Positions 11,350-25,604 of a DNA stretch of 64,000 nt are shown here, in pieces. Source of the DNA: Scyliorhinus canicula (Eukaryota); contig NC_052175.1 of assembly GCF_902713615.1 (NCBI RefSeq), positions 9,341,271 to 9,405,270 of the forward strand, written 5' to 3'. The position numbers and the translations under genes were made by a program. The notes under the pieces were generated by a model, which saw only the letters and a program-made list of their open reading frames with translations, made no database searches and had not been told where the DNA came from. Each line of letters starts with the position of its first letter. The stretch's first letter is position 1.

Positions 11350-13072
11350 GTGTCAGATTGAGATCCAACAATACGAGGTAGTGGAGGTCTTGAAAAACAC
11401 TAAATTGGTAAGTCCCCAGGGCCTGATGGGATCTACCGCAGAATACTGAAAGAAGCTAGAGAGGAAATTCGTGAGGTCTTGACAAAAATCATTGGACCTA
11501 CACTGTCTTCAATTGATATATCGGAGGTCTTGCGAACAGCCAATGTTGTCCCTCTGTTTAAGAAGGGTAGCAATGATAATGCAGGAAACTACAGGCCGGT
11601 GATCCTTACGTCAGTGATAGGGAAATTACTGGAGAGAATTATTCGAGACAGGATCTACTTCCATCTGGAAGCAAATGGACGTATTCGTGAGAGACAGCAT
11701 GGTTTTGTGAAGGGGAGGTCCTGTATCACTAACTTGATAGAGTTTTTCGAAGAGGTCACAAAGATGATGGATGCAGGTAGGGCAGTGGATGTTGTATATA
11801 CGGACTTCAGTAAGGCCTTTGACAAGGTCCCTCATGATAGACTGGTGGAAAAGGTGAAGTCACACGGGGTCAGGAGTGAGCTGGCAATCTGGATACAGAA
11901 CTGGCTAGACCATAGAATGCAGAGAGTACCAATGGAAGGGTGCCTTTCTAATTGGAGTGCTGTGACTAATGGTATTCCACAGGAACCATTACTGGAACCT
12001 TAGCTGTTTGTCGCATACAAGAAGATAAGAACATAAGAACTAGGAGCTGGAGAAGGCCACATGGCCCCTCGTGCCTGCTCCGCCATTCAGTGACATCATG
12101 GATGAACTTTTGTGCACTCAGCTCCACTTTCCGGCCCGAACACCATAACCCTTAATCCCTTCATTCTTCAAAAAAATAAGAACATAAAATATATATAAAT
12201 GATTTGCAGGAAAATGTAACTTGTCTGACTAGTAAGTTTGCAGACGACACAAAGTTTGGTGGAATGGCGGATAGCGCTGAGGACTTCCAGGCGATTCAGC
12301 AGGAATTAGATAGGTTGGGGTCTTGGGAGGAGAGATGGTAGATGGAGTTTACTCCGGGCAAATGTGAGGTAATGCATTTTGGAAGGTCTGATGCAGGTAG
12401 AGAATATTCAGTGAATGGTGGGAGCATCAAGAGTATTGAAAGTCAGTGAGATCTAGGTGTACAGGTTCACATGTCACTGAAAAGTGCAACACAGGAGGTG
12501 GAGGAATTCAAGAAAGAATACAGCATGCTTGCCTTCATTGACCGGGGCATTGAGTATAAGAATTGGCGAGTCATGTTGCAGCTGTACAGAACCTCAGTTA
12601 GGCCATACTCGTAGTGTTCAATTCTGATCGCCACACTACCAGAAAGATGTGCAGGCTTCAGAGAGGGTGCAGAAGAGATTTAGCAGGATGTTACCTGTTA
12701 TAGACATCATTAGCTGTGAGGAGAGGTTGAATAAACTCGGTTAGTTCTCACTGCCGCGACGGAGGTTGAGGGGCGACCTGCTGGAAGTCTACAAAAGTAT
12801 GAGGGGCATAGACATGGCGGGTAGTCAGAGACATTTCCCCAGGATAGGGGGGTTAATTACTCTGGGGCATAGATTTAAGGTGCTAAGGGCAATGTTTAGA
12901 GGAGATGTACGAGGCAGTTTTGTATACAGAGGCTGGTGGGTGCCTGAAACTCGCTGCCGGAGGAAGCGGTGGAAGCAGGGACGATAGTAACATTTAAATT
13001 GGAGAGAGAATTGAAACACATAAATGTGAAAATGTAAACACAGACTGCTAGATTGATTGAAACAGTTCATTA

Positions 13073-13910
13073 GGGCGGCATGGTGGCGCAGTGGATAGCT
13101 CTACTGTCTCACGGCGCCGAGGACACGGGTTCGATCCCGGCTCCGTGTCTCTGTCCTTCTGGAGTTTGATCAGTCTCCCAGTATCTGAGTGGGTCTCACT
13201 CCCACAACCCACATACTTGCAGGGCAGGTGCATGGGCCACGATACCTTGTCACTTAGTTGGAAAAGATAATTGGCTACTCATTGATATCACACTCAGAAG
13301 CTGCCTCACATTACCTGCTGTATCTGGATACACCACAACATGCTATCTGCCCAGCATGGGGCGACGTACAGAGCACACGAGATGTGACCAGCAATGTGGC
13401 TGTACCATTTAAGGATCGATATTTCCACAGCACAGGGATGAGAGGGGCCGTATCAGTGAAACTGGTGTCAGGAAGAGAAATGATGTGCGGTTAGATATGG
13501 AAGATTGTTGGCTGTTGAACGTTTTCAGGCGCTGTTGAAACGGGAGCACGCAAAAACATTCTGGAAAATCTACAGAATTTACAGTGCAGAAGGAGGCCAT
13601 TCGGCCCATCGACTCCTCACCGGCTCTTGGAAAGAGCACCCTACCTAATGTCAACACCTCCACCCTCTCCCCATAACCCAACCCAACACAAAGGGCAATT
13701 TTGGACACGAAGGGACAATTGATCATGGTCAATCCACCTATCCTGTACATCTTTGGACTGTGGGAGGAAACCGGAGCACACGGAGGTAACCCACGCACAC
13801 ATGGGGAGGATATGCAGACTCCGCACAGACATTGACCAAAGCCGGAATCGGACCTGGCACCCTAGAGCTGTGAAGCAATCGTGCTATACACAATGCTACA
13901 GTGCTGCCCC
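13073..13910. mobile_element. Two V-SINEs (about 13073-13250 plus, about 13575-13910 minus)
   Basis: Family head and V-core matches. Confidence 0.8.
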
Positions 13911-14620
13911 GGACAGAGGGTGAGTCATTCACGTTGACAAAGTCATGGAGTGAATAGATGAGTTGAGTCAGAAAATTAAGGCTTTGCCAGAGCGTCTGGT
14001 GATCGAAGTCAATGAGGACAAGGATGATGGGTGATGTGGATTTGGTCAGAGATTGGATAGGGACTGCAGAGCTTTAAGATGAACTTTAGTTCTGCAGCTT
14101 TGTACCTGGGAGGCCGGTCAGCAGAGAATTGTAATAAGCTATTCCGGAATTGACATTGAGAGCTATGGTCAGGCAGAGGATTATATTTCGGAATGTCAGT
14201 CGACAGGATTAATGATGGGGTGGAGACGGGGTTACGAAATCTGCTCAGAGCTAAAGGGGAACACGTGTTAATGAGTGTGGACCAGTGTCAGACACAGGAA
14301 TGGAGTCAGTGGTAGGCAACAGAGTGTGTGAGTGGGACTGAAGTTATCGTCCATGTTCCCGTCACTTAAGCACAAAGGATAGTCATACATTGAAAAGGGG
14401 ATTACAACTTTACAAGCTGCATGTGGGGTCATGGCAAGAAATCCACTAGAAGCCAGAGGGGAGGGTAAAGTATAAACAATCTAAAACGTTTGACAGTAGA
14501 TTTAAAATCTGTGTACAGGCACTCCACCGAAACAGAAACAAACAGGGCAGAGTGAAGGACAAGAACAGTAATACAGTTGAAACGAGTTAATAGAAATAAC
14601 AACTGGATAGGGAGACTTAC

Positions 14621-14795
14621 CAGGGACACCAACAATAGCCAGGATCGGAAAGTATCCCGCTTGAATAATCTCGAGTGCATAATAAATCTTGGATGTTAAT
14701 ATATTCGAACCATGAGTAAACCAATAAAGTCCATATGTAAAACGCCGAACCACAGTTGTAACATTCCAATCGATTGAACTCAGATTCACAACCAT
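14621..14795 (-). CDS. Same GPCR, coding exon 1 (N-terminus and first half of TM1); 12-kb intron to exon 2; total 358 aa
   Basis: The ATG at 14795 has a strong Kozak context (aaaacaATGG). It encodes MVVNLSS...IQAGYFPILAIVGVP and ends at the donor CCT G|gtaagt (phase 1). Joined to exon 2 it gives GVP-ANLITIVIL, the typical TM1 G..N motif. Sequons NLS and NVT are present. Confidence 0.85.
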
Positions 14796-15269
14796 TGTTT
14801 TAACCCTCCGATTGATTGTTGCCAGATTCTGATTTGTTGTTTTAATGTTCGAATCGATTGTTTTCAGATTCTGAACCCTCCTCTCGGTTTCTCTGGAGCC
14901 GCAGATCTCTGCCAGTGTTGGAGTAGATGTTCCCGTTGACAGTGTGCAAAAACAGATTGAAATCAATCACTTATTATTAGAAGAGGGAAACCCTCCAGTG
15001 ACACAGTTAAGCTCCATGGAGATTCACATTAACTACGGCCACTGAACAAACAGGGCCAGTTAACCCTTTTCAACCCAATACTTTTCATATCAGAATAGAG
15101 GAGAATATTCTCAGTCGAGAAGGGGTGTATGAGAGTCGCTGAGGGATGGAAAGGTTAATGGTTGTGATTCTGAGCATAATTTTTATATTTCCCTTGGATA
15201 CGTGAGAGTTATTTTTGTTGTGCTTCTTAGATGAGGCTATCTTATGACATATCTTTAGAATTCCACCAA

Positions 15270-15864
15270 TGCAGAAGGAGACCATTTAACCCATCGAGTC
15301 TCTCCGGACCCTCCGAAATACACCCCACCGATGGTCAAGCCCTTTCTCTAACTCCATAACCCAGTAACCACACGTAACATTTTGAACACCAAGGGACCAT
15401 TGATGACCTGCACATCTGTGACTGGGAAGACACCGGATCCCCTGGAGGAATCCGACATAGACACTGGGAGAAAGTGCAAACTCCACACAGTCTTCCGAAG
15501 CTGGAATTGAACCCGGTTCTCTGGCGCTCTGAGGCAGCACTGCTAACCACTGTGCCACCGTGACGCCCTGCTGAAATCTAGGATGTTGTAAGTTGTGCAG
15601 TACAACCTTTGCAAGTTTCTGTAGATTGAAGTATCTCCCAGTGTTATGTACACTAATACATGTGAGGAATTTACCATAAATGGCAGAACACATTTTTTTT
15701 CAATTTAGATTAGCCAATTATTTTTTCGAATTAAGGGCAATTTAGCGTAGCTAATCCACCTCCTCTGCACATTTTTGGGTTGTGGGAACGAAAGAGCCGG
15801 GATCGAAACTGGGACCTCAGCGCCGTGAGGCGGTTGTGCTAACCACTAGGCCACTGTGCTGCCC
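15270..15864 (-). mobile_element. Two V-SINEs (about 15270-15570 and about 15700-15864)
   Basis: Family matches on the reverse strand. Confidence 0.75.
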
Positions 15865-15899
15865 AAGGCAGAACACTTATGACCATTGTCAGACAGTTA

Positions 15900-16470
15900 G
15901 CTGGGCGCACATCTCCACAGATCACTGAAAGTGGCAACACAGGGGAGAAGCGAGTGAAGAAGCATGCTTGCCTTCACCAGCCGAGGCACTGTGTATAAAA
16001 ATCGGGAAGTCTTGCTGCAGCTTCATAAACCTTAGTTAGGCCACACATGGAATAGTGTTCAATTCTGGTCGCCACACTGCTCGAAGGATGTTGTCGGGGA
16101 TGGAGGGCTATACCTATGAGGAGAGATTGGACAAACCTGATCTGTTCTCAGAAGAGCGATCGAATCTGCAGTCGACAAGCTAATGAAGGACATGGGCAGA
16201 GTGGAAAGTCAGAAGCTGTTTTCCATTCAATTACGAGACGACATCAGTTTAAGATGCGGGGTGTCAAAGTTTAAAGGCGGTGTGCGAGGAAAGTATGTTA
16301 TTTCACAGAAGGTAGTGGGTGCCTGGAACTCACAGTCAGAGGAGGTGGTGGAAGCAGGGACAATGATGGTGTTTAAGGGGTGTTCTGCCAAATACATGAA
16401 CAGGATGAGAATAGAGGGATATGGACCCCGGAAGTGTAGAAGGGTTTTGTTAGACTGGCAGCATGGTCGG
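15900..16470 (+). mobile_element. Degenerate CR1 3' fragment
   Basis: VVGAWNS and FKG...KYMNRM motifs of the ORF2 C-terminus. Confidence 0.7.
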
Positions 16471-16639
16471 AAAAAGTCCAGTACTGCCAAAGAGCCTGTA
16501 CTTTTCTTTGTACGTTGCCTTCTGAGAAGAGATGAAGTGTTCAGGCCGAACTCTCGAGTTTAGAAGAATGAGAAGAGCGCTAATTGACGTCTTTATGAAA
16601 GGAAAAACGGCACGCGGTGCAACCGAAAAAACAGATTCT

Positions 16640-17990
16640 TGGGGGGAATAACTATCCAGCCGCCACGATTAGATTCCAGTTTGTAACTCACACCCAGGGA
16701 TCTGTTATTCGAGATATAATCTACCCGAACCCGGCGATAAGATTCCCGGCCGTAACTCAATCCCGGGTATATGTTATACTATTCATAAACGATCCCGAAC
16801 CCTTCGGTGAGATTCCAGTCTGTAACTCACTGCCGGGGATCTGTTTTTCTATATATAAACCACCCAGAACCCCTCTATCTGAGTCCAGTCTCTAACTCAT
16901 TCCCGGGTGTCTGTTATTCTATGTATAATCCATCCCAAACAGCTCGATTATATTCCAGTCTGTAATTTACTCCAAGGGATTGGTTATTCTATATATACAC
17001 CAACCTGAAACCCCTCGATTAGATTCCAGACTGTGACATACTCCTGATCATTTGTTATTCTATATTTAAACTACCCCGAATCCCTCGATTAGATTGCAGT
17101 CTGCAACTCCCTGTCGGGTGTCTGTTATTCTGTATATAAACCAACCCGAACCCCTCGATTAGATTCCAGTCTGTAACTCACTCCCGGCCGTGTGTAATTC
17201 AATTTATAAACGACCCCAAACCCCACGATTGGATTCCAGTCTGTAACTCACTCTCGCGGATCTGGCATTCTCTATATAAACCACCACGAAATCCTTGATT
17301 AGAATCCAATCTGTACCACGTGTCCGGGAATTTGTTATTCTATATATAAACAACCCTGATGCCCTGGATTAGAATCCAGTCTGTAACTCAGTCCCAGGGA
17401 TCTGGTATTCTACATATAAACCACCCCTAAAATCTCAATTAGGTTCCTGTCTGTAGAAGGCAGCACAATGGCGCAATGGTTTGCATTGCTGCCTCAGAGT
17501 GGCAGATTCCAGGCCGATCGCGGCTCTGGGTCACTGTCCGTGTGCAGTTTGTACATTTCCCCCGTTTTTGAGTGTGGTTCAATCCCACGACCCAATAATG
17601 TGCAGGGTAGTGGATTGGTAAAATTGGAACGAAATTATTGGGTACTCTAAATTTAAAACAAAAAGATTCCATTCTGAAAATCATTCCCGGGGATGTGTTA
17701 CTCTATACGTAAACTACCCCGTACCCCTCGATTAGATTCAAGTCTGTAACTAACTCCCATGTATCTGCTATTCTATATATAAACCACCCCGAGCTCTCGA
17801 TTAGATTCCAGACTGTAACTCACTCCCCAGTATCTGTGATTCGATACATAAACCATCCCGCACCCCTCGATTAGATTCCGGTCTGTAGCTCACTCCCCAG
17901 TACCTGTTATTCTCTATATAAACAATCCGGAATGCCGTGATTAGATTCTAGTATGTAACTCACTCCGGGGTCTCTCCTACTCTAAGTTTA
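16640..17990. repeat. 70-bp tandem minisatellite, about 16 diverged units
   Basis: The gattagattccagtctgtaactcactccc...tatataaaccacccgaacccctc motif recurs at 16667, 16736, 16806, 16876 and onward. Confidence 0.9.
17458..17665 (+). mobile_element. V-SINE inserted in the 70-bp satellite
   Basis: ggcagcacaatggcgcaatgg head. The satellite resumes at about 17680. Confidence 0.75.
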
Positions 17991-18274
17991 AACAAACAAT
18001 ATGCAAGAATGAGATGAGGAGGAATTTCTTTACTCAGATGGTGGTGAATCCTGGGAATTCTTTAATACGAATAATGGTTTATTGTCACAAGTCTACTTCA
18101 ATGAAGTTATTGTGAAACGACCCTCGTCGTCACATTCATGTGCCTGTTTTGGGAGGCCGGTACGGGAACTGAACATGCGCTACCGGCATTATTCTTCATT
18201 ACAAGCCGGCTATTTACTCCTCTGTGTAAAATAGCCCCAGTAAAAATCTTTTATTGTCACAAGTACAGAGAACA

Positions 18275-18590
18275 AAGAACATGCAATGCACAAAAAGGCA
18301 ATTCGGCCCATCGAGTCTGCGCCGACCGACTTAAACCCTCACTTCCACCCTATCTCTGTAACGCAATAACCTGTCCTGTCCTTTTTGGTCACGAATGACA
18401 ATTTATAATGGCCAATCCACCTAACCTGCACGTTTTCGGACTGTGTGATGAAACGGGAGCACCCGGAGGAAAACCACGCAGACACAGGGAGAACGCGCAG
18501 TCTTCGCAAAGACAGTGCCCCAGCGGGGAATCAAATGTGGCACTCTTGCGCTGTGAAGCCACTGTGCTGTTCACTTGTGCTGCCGTGCTG
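18275..18590 (-). mobile_element. V-SINE
   Basis: Family match. Confidence 0.75.
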
Positions 18591-19009
18591 CAAACGTGGG
18601 CTTCAATTAAGTTACTGTGAAAAGCCCCTAGTCGCCCCATTCTGGCGCCTGTTCGGATACACAGAGGGAGAATTCAGAATTGTCAATCAGTACGGGAATT
18701 GAACCCCCGCTGCTGGCCTTGTTCTGCATTACAAATCTGCTGTGTAGCCCACGGAGCTAAACCAGCATATGTGCTTCAATTGTGCAGCAGTTTTGTCAGA
18801 CCACACCTGGGGTACTGCAATCAATTTTGGTCTCTTTACCTTCGGGGGAACATTATTTTCTCAGTGGAAGTGGAACGAAGATTCACCAGACTTGTGTCAG
18901 GGGTGGCAGGACTGTTATATGATAGATTGGTCGACCAGAGCCTGTGTTCGCCAGAGTTTCTACGAATGAGAGGTGATCAGTTGAAACCTATCAGTTGAAA
19001 CATTCAGCA

Positions 19010-19520
19010 TTACCTCGTCGCTCTCTCACTCTGTGCCCCGATTAATAAAGCCCATAATGCTATATTCTGTATAACCACTTTCCACCTGTCCTACCACCTT
19101 CAATGATCTATGTATATATCTATACCCAGCTACGTTAGTTCTTGCAACCCTTTCACAATTTTACCCCACATTTTTTATTGTCCCAAGACGTCCTACCTAC
19201 CAAAATGCATCACGGCACCCTTCTCTGCATTGAACAATATCTGCCGTGTGTCTGCCCAATCCAACAACATTCCTCTGTACATTTGAAGTTCCACACTGCC
19301 ATCCTCATAGTTCACAATACTTTGATGTTTCAAAGAATCGGCAAACTTTTAGGAAGCCCCCTGCACAACAGGATCTAGATCATTAATACGTATCACGAAA
19401 AGCAAGGGTCCCAAAACTGACCCCTGGGGATCATCACTACAAACCTTTCCTCCCGAAAATTATCCATTGACCATTTCTCTCTGCTTTGTATTATTCAGCC
19501 AGTTCTGTCTCCTCGTTGTC
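19010..19520 (-). mobile_element. Degenerate CR1-type RT fragment, minus strand
   Basis: The reverse complement contains a PQGSVLGPLLF-like segment and a downstream RT region. Confidence 0.55.
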
Positions 19521-20699
19521 ACTGCCGCTTTAATTCTGTGAGCAACGCTGAGACACAGGCATCGAGACTCGTCTTGAAACAAAAGCTGAAGAAGAAAAAT
19601 CAAATGCAATCAAGTTCAAATGGGTGCAGGGAAAATGATACCTTGGATTTCTTTTCATTTTTATCAATGTGGTGTAGTGACCCGGAGCCGGGTGCGAACC
19701 CGGATCCTCGGCGCCAGGAGGCAGCAGTGCTAACAACTGCGCCACCGTGCAATTTCATTTCATATTTGCACATGAAAAATAATTTTGGTTCACAGGATGT
19801 GTCAGTTGAACCTAGTCTTAATATTATAAAGTGTCCGTAATTCCTATGGGGAATGTGACAAAAGCTAACAAAAGCATGGTGGAATGGTGGGTTCCCTTCT
19901 GACAGACTTACGGTTATTTGAGTGGAAGATTCGCGGTTTGGATATTGAGGATGCTTTGAACTGAATTGTGTCTCTTTGTGAATCTATTTGTTTTTTTCTA
20001 AAATGCCACGAGAAATGTAAATATGTTCGCAATCTTTAAACAATACTGCAAGTCTCCAGGCACATCGAAAGGCTGGGAGGAGGGGGCGGTGGTAGAGTGC
20101 AGAGATAGTGTAAGATACAGAGCATCAGATATCAGAGATAGCAGAGAATCAAAAATTGAAGTTGAACCTCTTGATTCAGAAAGTTCAACACCTCAATCTT
20201 TGGCTCCTAATTCCAAATTTCCAACCCCACACTTTGCTACAGTGAATTTGAGTTCTGAATTTTCCAAAGTTGATTCTGTAATAAAAATGTATTCACGATG
20301 CACCAATTCACAATGAGTTTATTGCTGCAAAGCCAGTGTTTGTCTGTGTGTGATCCTGTGTGTTTGTGTGAGTCTGTACGTGTGTGTGTCAATGTGTGTG
20401 TCCGGTTGTGTATCATGTATGTCTCAGTTTCTCTGTATTTAGTAACGATTGAAGATAACTACTATTTTTAATTTATTAATTTGATTTAAAAGCTATTTTG
20501 GGTTTATTTAAGTTATCATATTTAAGTTGATTTAAATAACTGTTTTAATTTAAAAAAAAACACTATTTTAAATTTGTTGTCAGATCAAAAGGGATAAATA
20601 ATCAGTTTTTTAAAAATCTAGTTGAGTAGTGCACGGGGATTGGATTTAATCGGACACAACATCTTTCCAAAGTTTAATATCAAAGGGTTAATTTAAAGG

Positions 20700-22460
20700 A
20701 ATAAATCATGTCAGGACTGGTTTGAACTTCTTGCTCGATGTGGCAGGCCTGGGACAGATTCAGTTCCCATGGTCAGCATGTACGCGGGAAGTATCTCCAG
20801 TTCAAGGTGCTGGAAGCTCGAGTTTCAGACCTGGAGCTGCGTCTGCAGAAACTGTCGAGCATCCGCGAGTCGGAGCGTATCTTGGGAAACACGGATAGAG
20901 AGGTGATTACACCGCAGGCTTAGACTCCGCAGGAAGGAAGGAAATTTGTGACCACCAGACAGAGCAAGAGATCGAGGCAGGTAGTGCAGGAATCTCAGGT
21001 GGTCATTCCCTGCAGAACAGATATACCATTTTCGGTAAAGTTTAGGGGAATGGTCTCTCAGGGGAAACAGCAAAACCCGAACTCGTGGCACCACGGTTAG
21101 TTCTACTGCAGAGGGGAGTAAGTGTGATAGTGAAATAGTTATAGTGGATTCAATTGTAACGGGACTAAACTGGCGTTTCTGTGGCCGCAAACCAGATTCC
21201 AGGATGGGATGTTGCCCCACTGGTGCGAGGCTCAAGGATGTCTCGGAGCGGGTACAGGACATTCTGGAGGGGCCGGTTGAACAGCCAGTGGTCGTGGTAT
21301 ACATCGGAGCAAACAACATAGGTAAAAATAGGTCCTAAAAGCAGAATACAGGGTGATAGGAAGGAAGTTAAGAAATTGGATCTCAAAGCTACTGAAAATG
21401 AAAAATGAAAAATGAAAATCGCTTATTGTCACGAGTCAGCTTCAATGAAGTTACTGTGAAAAGCCCCTAGTCGCCTGGTACGGGAATCGAACCGTGCTGC
21501 TGGCCTGCCTTGGTCTGCTTTAAAAGCCAGCTATTTAGCCGAGTGAGCTAAACCAGCTCACAAGGATTACCACTGGTGTCACTGCTGGTCAGAGGATTGG
21601 ATATATAGGATGAATACGTGGCTGAAGGGATGGTGTCAGGGGAGGGATTCAGATTCCTGCAGCATTGGTACCGGTTCTGGGGGATGTGGGACCTGTACAA
21701 ACTGGATGGGTTACACCTGCGCCGGACTGGAACTGGCCCCCTCGGGGGGTGGGGGCGGGGGTACATTCTACAGCATTTGGGGAGAGTTTAAAAATATGCC
21801 GGGGGTGCGAACCTACGTATGGAGTCAGAGAAAGAGGGAGCAAGGACAAAATCAAAAGGGAGAAAATTGAATATGAAAAGTGATACGTGGAAAAACCACG
21901 GATAACATTCAAATAGGGCAGTGGGAAAAAATATTGGTAGGAAGACAAGCATTGTGCAAAAGACAAACTTAAAGGTTCTGTGCCTTAATGCATTTGCAAT
22001 ACAGTGGATGAATTAATCACGCAGATAGATATTAATGCGTATGATATCATTGGGAAGACGGAGACATGGCTGCAGAGTGAACAGTGACGGGAACTGAATG
22101 TCCCAGAGTTCTCAGTATTTAGGAAGGACAGAAATAAAAGAAAAGGTGGCAGCGGGGGAATTAACACGATAGTGAGAAAGGATATTCGCTCTGACAATGT
22201 GGAATCTGTATGGGTAAAGCTAAGAAATACCAAGGGACATAAAATATTAGTGGGAGGCATATATAGAACCACAAACGTCACTGGTCAGGCTGGAAATGGC
22301 ATTAAACAATAAATTGGATATGCATTTAATAAGTTAATATCAGTTAGCATGGGTGATTTTAATATTCACATAGATTGGACAAAACAAATTAGCCACAATG
22401 CCGGAGAGGAGGAATTCCTGGACTGTATACGGGATGGTTTTCATGACCAATAGTGGAGTG
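20700..22460 (+). mobile_element. Degenerate CR1 5' part (ORF1 and endonuclease)
   Basis: Remnants of CSMW, LEARVSDLELRL, VDSIVTG, CCPTGARLKDVSER and ETWL. Confidence 0.8.
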
Positions 22461-22699
22461 TCATGGGGCAGGGTTTTTGAGAACCCCAACATGCATCATA
22501 TAGTTCAGCTGACTCACAGCTTTCAATAGTGCATGTGCATGTCACTGGGTGTCCTTCAGACAGAGACAATTAGGTATCTTGATTAATAAGCGGATCAGTG
22601 GTTATGGAATCATGGCAGCAGAATGAAGAGGACAAACGCATCAGACATGATTAAAGGATGGATCAGACTAATTCGACTGAAATGACTAATCTAAATCTG

Positions 22700-24566
22700 A
22701 AATGAAACCAAGGTACAATCTAAAGAGAGAGCTGAGACGAGTCTCTAGCCATGTCAGGAATAAAAGAATGACTAGGGTAAGAGTAGGGCCAGTCAAGGAC
22801 AGTGGTGGGAAGTTGTGTGTGGAGGCTGAGGAGATAAGCGAGATATTAAGTGAATACTTTTCGTCAGTATTCACTCAGGACAAAGATAATATTGTGGAGG
22901 AGAATGCTGAGACCCAGGCTATTAGAATAGATGGCATTGAGGTGCGTAGGGAAGAAGTGTTGGCAATTCTGGACAAGGTGAAAATAGATAAGTCCCCGGG
23001 GCCTGATGGGATTTATCCAAGGATTATCTGGGAAGCCAGGGAAGAGATTGCTGAGCCTTTGGCTTTGATTTTTAGGTCATCATTGGCTACAGGAATAGTG
23101 CCAGAGGACTGGAGGATAGCAAATGTGGCCCCTTTGTTCAAGAAGGGGAGTAGAGATAACCCCGGTAACTATAGGCCGGTGAGCCTAACGTCTGTGGTGG
23201 GTAAAGTCTTGGAGAGGATTATAAAAGATACGATTTATAATCATCTAGCTAGGTATAATATGATTAGGGATAGTCAGCATGGTTTTGTGAAGGATAGGTC
23301 ATGCCTCACAAACCATATCGAGTTCTTTGAGAAGGTGACTGAACAGGTAGACGAGGGTAGAGCAGTTGATGTGGTGTATATGGATTTCAGTAAAGCGTTT
23401 GATAAGGTTCCCCACGGTCGGCTATTGCAAAAAATACGGAGGCTGGGGATTGAGGGTGATTTAGAGATGTGGATCAGAAATTGGCTAGTTGAAATAAGAC
23501 AGACAGTGGTAGTTGATGGGAAATATTAAGAATGGAGTTCAGTTACGAGTGGCGTACCCCAAGGATCTGTTCTGGGGTCGTTGCTGTTTGTCATTTTTGT
23601 AAATGACCTAGAGGAGGGCGCAGAAGGATGGGTGAGTAAATTTGCAGACGACACTAAAGTCGGTGGAGTTGTAGACAGTGCGGATGGATGTTGCAGGTTA
23701 CAGAGGGACATAGATAAGCTGCAGAGCTGGGCTGAGAGGGGACAAATGGAGTTTAATGTAGAGAAGTGTGAGGTGATTCACTTTGGAAAGAATAACAGGA
23801 ATACGGAATATTTGGCTAATGGTAACATTCTTGGTAGTGTGGATGAGCAGAGGGATCTCGGTGTCCATGTACATAGATTCCTGAAAGTTGCACCCCAGGT
23901 TGATAGGGTTGTGAAGAAGGCCTATGGTGAGTTGGCCTTTATTGGTAGAGGGATTGAGTTCAGGAGCCATGATGTTATGTTGCAGTTGTACAAAACTCTA
24001 GTATGGCCGCTAGTATGGCAACTCTAGTTGGAGTATTGCGTACAGTTCTGGTCGCCTCATTATAGGAAGGTCATGGAAGCTTCGGAAATGGTGCAGAGGA
24101 GATTTACCAAGGTGTTGCCTGGTATGGAGGGAAAATCTTATGAGGAAAGGCTGATGGACTTGAGGTTGTTTTCGTTAGAGAGAAGAAGTTTAAGAGGTGA
24201 CTGAATAGAGGCATACAAAATGATCAGAGGGTTAGATAGGGTGGACAGCGAGAGCCTTCTCCCGCGGATGGATGTGGCTAGCACGAGAGGACATAGCCTT
24301 AAATTGAGGGGTAATAGATATAGGACAGAGGTCAGAGGTGTTTTTTTTATGCAAAGATTGGTGAGGCCGTGGAATGCCCTACCTGCAACAGTAGTGAACT
24401 CGTCAACATTGAGGGCATTTAAAAGTTTATTGGATAAGCATATGGATGATAAGGGCATAGTGTAGGTTAGATGGCCTTTAGTTTTTATTCCATGTCGGTG
24501 CAACATCGAGGGCCGAAGGGCCTGTACAGCTCTGTATCGTTCTATGTTCTATGTTCCATGTTCTAT
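22700..24566 (+). mobile_element. 5'-truncated CR1 (RT to 3' tail), same subfamily as 3060-5730
   Basis: PGPDG, NYRPVSLT and FADD, with a TTCTATG tail at about 24540-24566. Confidence 0.92.
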
Positions 24567-25604
24567 ATTTCGCATCAATGGCATAGCTAAGGCGAGTCAT
24601 GATGCAAGTAGTTTGACCGTGGAACAGAATGCATGCCAACGGTGTTGTGTCAGGGGAGGGTAATTAATTTGGACTAATTAATTAATGTCTAATTAACCAT
24701 CATCCGTTCAGTGACTGAATCTTTCCTCAATGAATCGGGGGGAGGGGTGAGGTCGCCGCTGATATTTAGAAACAGTAAAATTAAATCAGGGGCTAAACCA
24801 TGAATAGGAATTTCCTTAAGAATGTGATCCATATGTCTGATTATTAGAAGAATGTTTACATCCCGAGATTCTTGAAGTGAGTTGAATTAGTTTATTTTTG
24901 AGACGCCTGTTGAAGTTACATTTATATCTAAACGTCTGTTGAAATTACTTTTATTTTCAAACATCTGTTGCAATTAATCTAATTTGGAAACCATTTCTTA
25001 CTCTCCATTGTCTTAAAACTCAGAAAATTGTGCGCCATCCTCTCGAAAGTTTATATGTTATTTTAATCTGAGGTTCCAATTAATGTTGTGCAACTATATT
25101 CAGTGAATTCTTGAAAAATAAAAAGGAGTTTGGACATCTCTTCAAAAGGAGCGAATACCTTATTCCGAGGAGATCTGACATTTGGCAAGTCAGACCAAGG
25201 GGAGCGACGAAAGACGATACCAAATTACTTCCCGGAGTACAAGAGTGTCGGTGACGGTGTAACGAATTAGCAGAATCTAAGTGAGAGACCTGCAAGTCTG
25301 CGATCATGTGCTGGCACCGTGCGATTTTCGACGCTCTTTTTCGAACTTAATGTGTCCGGAGTGAATTGGCTCATCTTAGATATATATTGTGGTCGTTTCG
25401 GCGAGATGATTGATTGGTCTGCAGACTTGAGAGCGGAGGCGAGAAACAGTGTGTGATGTGGATAATGCCGACAGCGGAGTCGTAAGAAAATATATTATAG
25501 ACAACGAAGTTATATCGAACAATACCTTAATTTAGCTGAGATCTGCACTGATATTCAATTTAATGTACTAAAACATCATGCTTCGAAGGAAAATTGGTCT
25601 CCTA

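Larger units (their letters stand above)
8680..13005 (+). mobile_element. Old degenerate CR1 (ORF1 and ORF2) split by SINE and CR1-tail insertions
   Basis: NRYNPLDTVG ORF1 remnant, AITETWL, NYRPV, DFSKAFDKVPH and FADD remnants, with many stops. Confidence 0.85.
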
